From Methanobacterium sp. (lineage in GTDB: Archaea; Methanobacteriota; Methanobacteria; Methanobacteriales; Methanobacteriaceae): DNA of 21,918 nt. The notes beneath the pieces are model-generated. The model was not told the DNA's origin. It searched no databases and worked only from the letters and a program-made list of their open reading frames with translations. Positions 1-8,419 of this stretch are shown piece by piece; the first letter of the stretch is position 1, and the number at the start of each line of letters is the position of its first letter. The stretch lies in assembly GCA_003166335.1 (NCBI GenBank), contig PMWA01000028.1, forward strand, positions 1 to 21,918. Reading direction: 5' to 3'. The position numbers were made by a program, and so were the translations under genes.

Positions 1-1
1 A

Positions 2-994
2 CTTTTAATGTTAGCCATCTATTTTGTGGCTTTATTCAATTTAATACCCGGAGTGAGTTTAACCATCGCGGTTCTCATCACATTACTCTTTGTTGCGGTG
101 GTTATACATGAGTTAACTCATTGTTATGTTGCTGTAGGTTACGGTGTTGAAATAGAAAGAGTAGTTCTCCTTCCTATAGGCGGAGTATCGCAAATGAAGG
201 AGCTGCCCAAAGATCCTCATCAAGAGTTTAGGATAGCTGTTGTAGGACCTCTTTCAAACTTAGTTATCGGAGGTATATTATATCCGTTTTATCTATTTTA
301 TGGACATTTACTTTCTACTGATTTAAATTTCCTGCTTTACTACACTATCTATTTGAACCTGCTTTTGGGTGCATTTAATCTGCTTCCCGCCTTCCCTATG
401 GATGGTGGTAGAGTTTTAAGAGCTTATTTAGCAGAGAGAATGAATTTTATAAGAGCCACTCAGCTTGCAGCTTCTATTGGAAAACAATTAGCCATAGTTA
501 TGGCCATAATAGGGATATTCATAAACCCTTTCCTAATACTTATAGCCATATTCGTATACTTAGGAGCGGATCAGGAATATAATGTAGTGATGACCAATAC
601 TTTATTAGAAGGAATACGTGTCAGGGATATCATGACTGGTGAAGTAAAAACTGTGAATCCTTCCGATACTGTTGATAGTGTGTTAAAACTCATGTTCCAA
701 CATAAACATATGGGTTATCCGGTTATACAGGATGGAGAACTTAAAGGAATCATCACATTCCATGATATCTCTAAATTACCTGAAGACCAAAGAGATCGGC
801 AGGTTGAAGAATTCATGACTAAAAGAGTAGTAGTGACGGATCCGCAAGAAGAAGTGGCTTCAACACTGGAAAAACTCACTAATAACCAGATAGGTAGATT
901 ACCCGTCCTTGAAAATGGCCAAATAGTGGGAATAATATCAAAAACTGATGTAATGAAGGCCTTAGAAATGAAAAAAAGCACATTATCACAATAA
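2..994 (+). CDS. Site-2 (M50 family) intramembrane zinc metalloprotease with tandem C-terminal CBS domains, probably 5'-truncated by the window edge
   Basis: HELTH zinc motif, GPLSN and NLLPAFPMDGGR motifs, several hydrophobic helices, two CBS repeats (VRDIMT..GYPV..GIITFHD; VEEFMT..RLPV..GIISKTD). The frame is open from position 2 (CTT TTA ATG), so the true start likely lies upstream of the window. Confidence 0.9.
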   Translation, partial: LLMLAIYFVALFNLIPGVSLTIAVLITLLFVAVVIHELTHCYVAVGYGVEIERVVLLPIGGVSQMKELPKDPHQEFRIAVVGPLSNLVIGGILYPFYLFYGHLLSTDLNFLLYYTIYLNLLLGAFNLLPAFPMDGGRVLRAYLAERMNFIRATQLAASIGKQLAIVMAIIGIFINPFLILIAIFVYLGADQEYNVVMTNTLLEGIRVRDIMTGEVKTVNPSDTVDSVLKLMFQHKHMGYPVIQDGELKGIITFHDISKLPEDQRDRQVEEFMTKRVVVTDPQEEVASTLEKLTNNQIGRLPVLENGQIVGIISKTDVMKALEMKKSTLSQ

Positions 995-998
995 AACC

Positions 999-1006
999 TT
1001 TTTTTT
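999..1006 (+). terminator. Oligo-T archaeal terminator candidate
   Basis: T8 run a few nt after the protease stop codon. Confidence 0.45.
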
Positions 1007-1107
1007 CATTTATAAAAAATTAAAGTATTTTTTAAGTTTATATTTATATAAACAGTTTTTAAACTGAATAATCAGAAATTAATTATTTATTTTTTAGGAG
1101 CAAATTG

Positions 1108-2727
1108 ATGGACGAGGCTTATAGCTTTATAATAAAGAAAATATTGGAAGGAAAAATAAAAACTCGAGAAGATCTTGAGAAGGGTAAACTTAAGGCATGT
1201 CGCGATTACAGTCTCCAAAAATTCATGAGCAACGCTCAGATACTAGAGAAAGCCACACCCGAAGAACGAATTATTATAGCGCCTATAATTAAAAAGAAAC
1301 CCACTCGAACACTTTCCGGCGTGGCGATTGTAGCTGTGATGTGCAAACCACATGAATGTCCGCATGGAAGATGCACTTATTGCCCGGAAAGTGAAAAAGC
1401 ACCCCCAAGTTATACTGGAGAGGAACCTGCAGCACTCAGGGCGAGAATGTACGACTTCGATCCATATCTACAAGTATACAACAGACTATTGCAGTTAGAG
1501 AGCATAGGGCACCCCTTGGATAAAGTGGAACTAATTATCATGGGTGGCACATTCCCATCAACATTTCTATGTTACCAAGAATGGTTCGTAACCAAATGCC
1601 TAGAAGCTATGAACGATTTTGGAATAAAAATTCAATCCAACATTTCATCAAGTAACTCTAGCATCTATCCTGATAACTTTAACTATTTAGAGGATGTGCA
1701 AAAGCTTAATGAATCATCATCAGTCAGATGTGTTGGCATGACATTTGAAACACGTCCTGATTACTCTAAAACTCAGGATGTGGATCGTATGCTCCAAATG
1801 GGAGGCACCCGGGTAGAATTAGGTGTTCAAACTATCTACAATTTCATTTACAACCGTATTCAGAGGGGACATCGAGTAGAAGATGTAGTAGAATCAGCCA
1901 GGATCCTGAGGGATTCTGGAATCAAGGTAGCTATGCATCTCATGCCTGGCTTATTTGCAGACCAAGATAGGGATCTGAGGATATTTAAACGAATATTCTC
2001 GGATGAAAGATTTAAACCAGATATGCTTAAAATCTATCCCTGTCTAGTTATTGAAGGCTCTAAATTATATGAATTATGGCAGAATGGTGATTTCAAACCA
2101 TATACTACTGAGGAAGCTGTGAATCTAATTGTAGAGATTAAAAAATTTCTACCTAAATGGGTGCGTACCATGCGCATTCAACGAGACATACCCTCACCCT
2201 TAATTGAAGCTGGAGTAAAAAAATCTAATCTTGGAGAATTAGTTTATCAACGTCTCCATGAGAAAGATATAAATTGTCAATGCATACGCTGTCGTGAAGT
2301 GGGTCATCAGGCATTATTTGGATTAACACCCGAATTGGATCATATTAAACTTTTAAAAGAAGAATATCTTGCAGGACAGGGACAGGAGATATTTTTATCC
2401 TTTGAGGATATAAAATCGGATATTATGATTGGATTTTTAAGGCTTAGAATACCGTCAGATACTGCGCATCGTAGTGAAGTGGATGATGAAACAGCCCTCA
2501 TCAGAGAATTACATGTTTATGGTTCTATGGTACCATTAGGTGATAAAAAAAATGGATCATGGCAACATCGAGGATACGGAGATAATCTTCTAGCAAATGC
2601 AGAGAAAACAGCCTCTGAAGTTTATGATAAAAGGAAGATACTCATAACCAGTGGAGTAGGAGCACGAAACTACTATCGTAAATTTGGATATGAAACGGAA
2701 GGACCTTATATGGCTAAATTAATTTGA
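1108..2727 (+). CDS. elp3: Elp3 tRNA uridine(34) acetyltransferase (radical SAM + GNAT)
   Basis: [16 protein letters not shown] radical-SAM motif, [68 protein letters not shown] at 1096-1100 fits ATG 1108 better than TTG 1105. Confidence 0.97.
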   Translation: MDEAYSFIIKKILEGKIKTREDLEKGKLKACRDYSLQKFMSNAQILEKATPEERIIIAPIIKKKPTRTLSGVAIVAVMCKPHECPHGRCTYCPESEKAPPSYTGEEPAALRARMYDFDPYLQVYNRLLQLESIGHPLDKVELIIMGGTFPSTFLCYQEWFVTKCLEAMNDFGIKIQSNISSSNSSIYPDNFNYLEDVQKLNESSSVRCVGMTFETRPDYSKTQDVDRMLQMGGTRVELGVQTIYNFIYNRIQRGHRVEDVVESARILRDSGIKVAMHLMPGLFADQDRDLRIFKRIFSDERFKPDMLKIYPCLVIEGSKLYELWQNGDFKPYTTEEAVNLIVEIKKFLPKWVRTMRIQRDIPSPLIEAGVKKSNLGELVYQRLHEKDINCQCIRCREVGHQALFGLTPELDHIKLLKEEYLAGQGQEIFLSFEDIKSDIMIGFLRLRIPSDTAHRSEVDDETALIRELHVYGSMVPLGDKKNGSWQHRGYGDNLLANAEKTASEVYDKRKILITSGVGARNYYRKFGYETEGPYMAKLI

Positions 2728-2805
2728 AAATAATTTAGAAGATTTTTTTAGAATTCGGTTAAAAATAATTGTGATTTATAAATAAGTAAAGGAGTTTGAT
2801 AATTG

Positions 2806-3468
2806 ATGATATCCAATGAAGAAATAGCTAAGATGATTGATCACACCAATGTGAAAGGCGATGCTACAGAAGATGACATAAAGAAGCTTTGCAGTGAAGC
2901 TTTGCAGTATAATTTTGCCAGTGCCTGTGTAACTCCCACCAACGTGGTACTTACCAGTAAACTTTTAAAATATTCTGATGTGAAGGTATGTGCGGTAATT
3001 GGATTTCCACTGGGTGTTCAAACCCCTAAAACCAAGGCTTTTGAGGCTATGGAAGTAGTTTCTAAAGGAGCATCAGAAATTGACATGGTTATGAACATAG
3101 GAGGACTGAAATCTGACCGTGAAGAACTGGTTAAAGAGGATATTCAAGGCGTGGTGAAGTCTGCAGGTGACAAAATCGTTAAAGTGATATTAGAAACCGC
3201 TCTTCTAACCGATGAAGAAAAGATAAGAGCTTGTGTAATAGCTAAAAAAGCTGGTGTTGATTTTGTTAAAACATCCACCGGATTTGGAGGATTATCCGGA
3301 GCCACTGTAGAAGACGTATCTCTCATGCGAAAAACTGTTGGATCAAAAATGGGTATTAAAGCTGCTGGAGGTATAAGAAATCTGAAAACAGCCTTGGCCA
3401 TGATAAATGTAGGTGCAACTAGAATAGGTACTTCCACAGGTGTACAGATAATGGAAGACATTAAATAA
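2806..3468 (+). CDS. deoC: Deoxyribose-phosphate aldolase
   Basis: IDHT, VIGFPLG, EIDMVMN, KVILET, Schiff-base VKTSTGF, KAAGGIR, RIGTS motifs. AGGAG at 2790-2794; start is ATG 2806 or TTG 2803. Confidence 0.96.
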   Translation: MISNEEIAKMIDHTNVKGDATEDDIKKLCSEALQYNFASACVTPTNVVLTSKLLKYSDVKVCAVIGFPLGVQTPKTKAFEAMEVVSKGASEIDMVMNIGGLKSDREELVKEDIQGVVKSAGDKIVKVILETALLTDEEKIRACVIAKKAGVDFVKTSTGFGGLSGATVEDVSLMRKTVGSKMGIKAAGGIRNLKTALAMINVGATRIGTSTGVQIMEDIK

Positions 3469-3557
3469 GCATATAATTAATTAAAAGAAGAAAAAAATTA
3501 AAATTTTTTATCTCGAAATAAATTTTATAAAAAAGATAATTAAAATGAGGGGTTTTT

Positions 3558-3830
3558 ATGGATGAAAGTTATGAAAGAGCTAAAAGGAGAGTAGAGCAGT
3601 TAAAAGGATTTTATATACATTTAACCGTTTATATTGTGATAAATGTATTTCTTTTTGTCGTTAATTTCTTAACAAATCCAGGTTATTGGTGGTTCTTATT
3701 TGTAACATTTTTCTGGGGAATAGGTCTTGTTGCACATGGATTATCAATTTTCACGAGAAGAGGTATGTTTTCCAAGGAATGGGAAGATCGTAAAATTAGA
3801 GAATACATGGAAAAAGAGGAAAAGGAGTAA
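3558..3830 (+). CDS. 2TM domain small membrane protein
   Basis: YERAKRRV..KGFYIHL.VY...N, WWF....FWGIGL..H, WEDRKIREYM pattern typical of the 2TM family; two hydrophobic segments; GAGG RBS at 3547-3550. Confidence 0.85.
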   Translation: MDESYERAKRRVEQLKGFYIHLTVYIVINVFLFVVNFLTNPGYWWFLFVTFFWGIGLVAHGLSIFTRRGMFSKEWEDRKIREYMEKEEKE

Positions 3831-3889
3831 AAAAAAATAACTTTTATCTAATTTATTTAAATCCTCATTTTTTATCTGTTATAATATAA

Positions 3890-4705
3890 ATATGGAGAAT
3901 AGAATATGCAATTAGAAATAGAAGTAGTGGGAAAAGGAAAAGCTTTAGCAGAACTGGATGATAGGAATCCTGAAACATCTAAAAAGATTTATGAGAATTT
4001 ACCTCTAGAAGGTAATGCACAGGTTTGGCTGGAGGAAACATATTTTCAAATACCTATAAATTTAGATTATGAAAACGCTTCATCTACATCCGTAAAAGGA
4101 GATTTATCTTACTGGCCTCCAGGATCAGCTTTCTGTATATTCTATGGAGAATCCCAACCCGCATCTGCAGTGAACCCTATCGGACGTATTACAAAGAATC
4201 TAGAATTATTTAAAGAAGTTGAAGAGGAAGATATAATCATACTTAATTCAATATAATCCATTTAAGTATGAATAAATTTATATAATCTTGATTTTAAATT
4301 TGTTTATTAACTCTTTTTATATTACTTAAAAACTTAATATAAGATTAATTCACTTTTATTAAATAATTTTATTTTGAGAGATTAAATTCTATTTAATTCA
4401 ATTTTCGTACCCCAATTTGATCTTACTATCTGTAAACATTATCCAGTTAGCTTATTAAAAATTTACAAATGCATTATACTAAGACATAGAAATCTATTGA
4501 GTTTCAGAGTATACAAAAAAATTATTGATTAATATTTTGATAACAAATCTGAACTACAATTATTAAATATTAGATTCAATCAACAAAAAACTACAAAAAA
4601 ATGTAACTTAAAGAATTTGAATAAAATAAAATAAAATCGCTAAAAATCCTCTTTTAATTGAATTATGAAAAAGTGAGTAAATTTCTAAGATATGGAGAAT
4701 AGAAT
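3890..4705 (+). repeat. 16-bp exact direct repeat ATATGGAGAATAGAAT at 3890-3905 and 4690-4705
   Basis: Read directly. The copies are 800 bp apart and each forms the RBS/start region of consecutive genes. Confidence 0.85.
3906..4256 (+). CDS. Cyclophilin-like fold protein (DUF369/TM1367-like)
   Basis: PET..IY..LP, W.EE.YF.IP, GDLSYWPPG.AFCIFYG.SQPAS.VN.IG motifs; GGAG RBS at 3894-3897. Confidence 0.85.
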   Translation: MQLEIEVVGKGKALAELDDRNPETSKKIYENLPLEGNAQVWLEETYFQIPINLDYENASSTSVKGDLSYWPPGSAFCIFYGESQPASAVNPIGRITKNLELFKEVEEEDIIILNSI

Positions 4706-5848
4706 GTTAGATGTAGCTTTGAAAGATTTTAAAGCCAAGAAAGGCCGTGCAATCATGTGTATTATTGGTGTGATGGCATGTGTTTTACTAATTGGTGTTA
4801 TAAACATGGTTTTATACGATTTGCAATCTGGTCTTAAAGGAGATTTGGGTACAGTAAATGGAAAATTGTATTTTGAGCAGAATGGAACAGCTTTTCCTCC
4901 TGCAGGAAGTGTTATCAGTGAAAATCTTGGAGATCAAGTACTTAACAGTAGCGGTGTAGACAACAGTAAAAGTACTGAAGCACTATTTGCACCATTACAA
5001 GGCAGTATAACCTTTAGTGATAGTACTCCAGTAATGGTTGTTGGTTTAACACCAGATAAAGAACAAGCTTTTATTGGAAACACTAAAGTAAATGGATCAA
5101 GTTCTCTTGTGGGTGAGGGTGATAATGCTGTTATTATGGGATCTGAAGCTGCAAAAACCTATAACGTCACAGTAGGTGATACATTCACCGTTAATAACAA
5201 CCAATTTTAGGTGATAGGCGTCATGGATAAGGTGGGTACTGGATTTCCTTTAACCATTGATAATTCACTGGTTATGCCTCTTTCTTATGCTCAAAATGTT
5301 TCAGATAGGCAGGACCTTATTAAACGGTTATAATAATACCAAACAGCCAATATTCAATGCAAACTGAAATCAATAATTTAGAGAATTCTTATCCTAAATA
5401 CGATGCTTACTCTCAAAAGGACGCTCAGAAAACAATAGACGACAATTTGAAAGAACCTACGATATTTATGAACATGATAATAGTTATTATCTTCGCCGTA
5501 TCCACAGTTCTCATCATTAACATGATGATGATGTCTGTAAAAGAAAAAACAAAAGACATTGGTACTATGAGAGCACTTGGAACAAAGAGAAAATCAATAA
5601 TGCTCTTAATAATGTACGAATCCCTGATCTTGAGTTCAATTGGGGGTATTATCGGAATCTTACTTATAGCCCCAATATATAGCGTAATGGGATTGATGAT
5701 GGGTGCTACAAGTTTAGATTTCACCATACCAACCACTGTACTATTACAGGTGGTATTGATAATATTTGTGATAGGAACATTCTCAGGACTAATTCCAGCT
5801 TATCTAGCTACCAAAATCAGTCCTATTGAAGCTTTAAGATACGAATAA
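4704..5848 (+). pseudogene. Disrupted FtsX/MacB-family ABC transporter permease
   Basis: N-terminal TM helix plus extracellular domain (VIMGSEAAKTYNVTVGDTF). After in-frame TAG at 5208-5210 the same frame continues VIGVMDKVGTG..LVMPLSYAQ. A 1-nt loss near 5322-5324 then shifts into the frame carrying TVIIIPN..MQTEI and the FtsX C-terminus (SVKEKTKDIGTMRALG, ESLILS..GG, SGLIPAY.A.KISPIEALRYE). RBS spacing favours ATG 4704 over 4692. Confidence 0.9.
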
Positions 5849-5886
5849 GTTTAATTTTTAATAAATTTAATCCATTTTATTCAATA

Positions 5887-5921
5887 TTATAAAAGCTATA
5901 GATACTCAACCAATGGAGTAT
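5887..5921 (+). promoter_or_regulatory. Candidate TATA box followed by the palindrome ATACTC-N8-GAGTAT upstream of the flavoprotein gene
   Basis: TTATAAAA at 5887-5894; inverted repeat arms at 5902-5907 and 5916-5921. Confidence 0.4.
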
Positions 5922-6019
5922 TAATAGATAAAAAAAATATTCATTCCGAAGTTAATGAAAATTCTAAGAATTTAAACGATTAATTTAAAGAATAAACAGA
6001 TATTAGGAGGAATAAATTT

Positions 6020-6793
6020 ATGGGAAAAGTATTGGGTATTAGTGGAAGTCCGGTTAAGGATAGTAATACAGATACATTAGTGAAAACTATATTGGAATCT
6101 ACTGGATTAGATCAGGATTTTGTTAAACTTTCAGAAATAGAAGTCGCTCCGTGTAGAGCCTGTAAAAAGTGCGCGTACACTAACCAGTGTGTTTGGGATG
6201 ATGACTTTAAATGGCTTTCTCAAATGGTTTTAGATGCAGATGCCCTAGTGATTGGTACCCCTGTTATGTATGGAAGTGCCAGTGGATTTACAAAGGCTTT
6301 TATTGAAAGGTTATGGTCTTTAAGGCATGTTAAACTACTCACACAAGGTAAAATAGGAGCTACTGCTGTTGTAGGATGGGTTTCAACAGAGGATGTGATC
6401 AACTGGTTAAACCAAGTCATGATGGTTAGTGGTTTCAAGTTGGTGGGAAGTGTGATCGGCCATGGGAGTCCAGGATGTTTTACTTGTGGTCCTGGTGAAA
6501 CATGCAGCTATTCTATATGGAACAGCTTGAAAAAAACCTACAAGATACTGGAAAGTTCATCAATTAAAAATCAGCCAGAATCCATGGAAAAAGTTAAAGA
6601 AATTGAAAAAATGATGGATAGTCAGGAGAATATATATAAAGGTTATTTGGAGGAATTAGCAGATAATGATCCCCTAAAAAATCCATCCTACAATGTACTG
6701 AAATGTATTTCAGTTAAGGATCAGCCAGAAACCATGGAAAAAGCTAAGGGAATAGGAAAGCTTATATATGCCAAACTTAAGTCAAAAGAATAA
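6020..6793 (+). CDS. Flavodoxin-fold iron-sulfur flavoprotein (Isf / NADPH-dependent FMN reductase family)
   Basis: GISGSP...SNT FMN loop, CRACKKC-X5-C cluster motif, DD, GTPVMYG, KAFIER; second Cys group CFTCGPGETC; AGGAGG RBS at 6005-6010. Confidence 0.9.
   Translation: MGKVLGISGSPVKDSNTDTLVKTILESTGLDQDFVKLSEIEVAPCRACKKCAYTNQCVWDDDFKWLSQMVLDADALVIGTPVMYGSASGFTKAFIERLWSLRHVKLLTQGKIGATAVVGWVSTEDVINWLNQVMMVSGFKLVGSVIGHGSPGCFTCGPGETCSYSIWNSLKKTYKILESSSIKNQPESMEKVKEIEKMMDSQENIYKGYLEELADNDPLKNPSYNVLKCISVKDQPETMEKAKGIGKLIYAKLKSKE
6537..6760 (+). repeat. Intragenic imperfect direct repeat (6537-6610 vs 6687-6760), 150-nt period
   Basis: 57 of 74 nt identical by hand count, no gaps; YKILESSSIKNQPESMEKVKEIEK vs YNVLKCISVKDQPETMEKAKGIGK. 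Confidence 0.9.
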
Positions 6794-6878
6794 TTAATTC
6801 CGAATTAAGCTTTGATAATGACGATATCTTTATCCAATAGATTTGGATTATAAAAAATGTGTAAGGAGACTGTAATCA

Positions 6879-7424
6879 ATGGAAAAAGTTAAAAATTTTA
6901 ATGTTTTAGAGAAAATAGCTTTAGATTTAGGGGCAATTGATGCAAAAGTCTTCTCTGCAGATCAAATTGTAGTGGAGGATAGGGTGCGTCTCAAATGTAT
7001 GGTTGGTTGCCCTTTCTATGGGAAAACTTTGAAATGTCCACCTTACACCCCTAGCACTGATGATTTTAGGAATATATTAAAGGAATACAACTTTGCTATG
7101 ATTATTAAACTCAAGCTTCCAGAAATAATCAGTGAATCAGGTCATTATAGAACTTTGTTAACGATTTTATTGGAGATTGAGAGGGCCGCTTTTAATCAGG
7201 GATATACATTTGCTACGGTATTTTATGCTGGGCATTGTCGGCTTTGTGAAAAATGCAATGTAGAAAATGGTACTTGCTTGAATCCGATGATATCTCGTTT
7301 TTCAGCCGAAGCTATGGGTATAAACTTGTTAAAAACTGCAAAAAATGTTGGAATGGAATTAAAGATTCCTACTTCCGATAATAAAATTCCTTTAACACCG
7401 ATGGCCATATTACTAATAGATTAA
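6879..7424 (+). CDS. DUF2284 family Cys-rich predicted metal-binding protein
   Basis: IVVEDRVRLKC..GCPFYG....CPP, LEIER.AF..G, AGHCRLCEKC......C..P...RFSAEAMGIN motifs; AGGAG RBS. Confidence 0.85.
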   Translation: MEKVKNFNVLEKIALDLGAIDAKVFSADQIVVEDRVRLKCMVGCPFYGKTLKCPPYTPSTDDFRNILKEYNFAMIIKLKLPEIISESGHYRTLLTILLEIERAAFNQGYTFATVFYAGHCRLCEKCNVENGTCLNPMISRFSAEAMGINLLKTAKNVGMELKIPTSDNKIPLTPMAILLID

Positions 7425-7544
7425 GCTATTAAAATTTCACTTAAATGAGATTATTATAAATATTTCAAGATCTTTTACTTATTATCCATCAGAAATAAGT
7501 AAAGATGGTTATAAATATTATATTGCAGATAAAATGGTGATTTA

Positions 7545-8399
7545 ATGTCAGAGATCAGGTTAGATATAAAATACTTAGAAAATGTATTAGCAGAAAATAA
7601 TTACATACCTGACGATAATATTGTCACCGTGATGTTTTTAGCCTTATCACTTAAAAAACCAGTTTTGATTGAGGGACCACCTGGTACTGGTAAAACAGAG
7701 CTTTCTAAGGCAATATCCCGAGCTTTTGGGAGGGATTTTTTCAGAGTGCAGTGTTATGAAGGTATAACTTTTGAGCAGATTGTGGGAGAATGGAATTATC
7801 AGAAACAATTGTTAAGTCTTGAAATGTCAAAGATTAAGAAGAGTGGAGAAGATGTTTTTAGAGAAGAATTTTTTATTAAAAGACCGTTATTATCCTCTTT
7901 TATGAATCAAAAAGATTCAGTAATATTGATTGATGAGATTGATAAAGCTGATGAAGAGGTAGAGAGTTTCTTACTTCAGGCATTGGGTGAGAAGCAAATC
8001 ACAGTTAATGATTTGGGCACCTTTGAACTTCAAAATGATTTAATGGTGATTATGACTAGTAATTCTCAGAGACAGCTTCTTGATGAGACTAAAGACCGTT
8101 GCTTATATTTATATATTGATTATCCCGATTTTGAAAGAGAAGTTATGATAGTTAAATCACACACACCTGAAGCGTCTTCAAAGTTAATTGAAAGTGTTGT
8201 TGAAGTAGTACAAAAGATAAGAAAACTTAATCTTATTAAAACACCTTCAATTCGAGCCTCCGTAGATTGGGTTAGAAGTCTGATTATTTTCAATAATGGT
8301 AAGTTAAATAGGGATTCTTTTGAAAAAACCATTAATGTGGTTATAAAAAATGAAGATGACAAGAAAAAGGTTTTAGATAATATTAAGGTAAATAAGTAA
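7545..8399 (+). CDS. MoxR/CoxD-family AAA+ ATPase
   Basis: Walker [25 protein letters not shown] (CoxD-type), Walker [31 protein letters not shown]...DW; GGTGA RBS. Confidence 0.93.
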   Translation: MSEIRLDIKYLENVLAENNYIPDDNIVTVMFLALSLKKPVLIEGPPGTGKTELSKAISRAFGRDFFRVQCYEGITFEQIVGEWNYQKQLLSLEMSKIKKSGEDVFREEFFIKRPLLSSFMNQKDSVILIDEIDKADEEVESFLLQALGEKQITVNDLGTFELQNDLMVIMTSNSQRQLLDETKDRCLYLYIDYPDFEREVMIVKSHTPEASSKLIESVVEVVQKIRKLNLIKTPSIRASVDWVRSLIIFNNGKLNRDSFEKTINVVIKNEDDKKKVLDNIKVNK

Positions 8400-8419
8400 A
8401 AATTTTGGATACTTCCATT

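Noticed and set aside
4257..4689. Long AT-rich spacer as ncRNA, MITE or CRISPR remnant (weak hairpin 4475-4513, ACAAAAAA repeats)
   Set aside because: No regular repeat-spacer period, no convincing terminal inverted repeats, no GC-rich stem; the repeats are low-complexity A tracts.
5208..5210. In-frame TAG as a pyrrolysine or readthrough codon
   Set aside because: A separate frameshift about 115 nt downstream breaks the gene anyway, no pyl genes are in the window, and Methanobacteriales are not known to me as Pyl users. A nonsense mutation is simpler.
6794..6848. Short dyads TTAATTC-c-GAATTAA and ATCCAA-N5-TTGGAT between the flavoprotein and DUF2284 genes
   Set aside because: 6-7 bp AT-rich arms with no supporting context.
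715..8362. Minus-strand ORFs 715-981, 3144-3461, 5425-5736, 6220-6438, 7223-7408, 8120-8362
   Set aside because: All lie antisense within well-supported genes and have no recognisable motifs.
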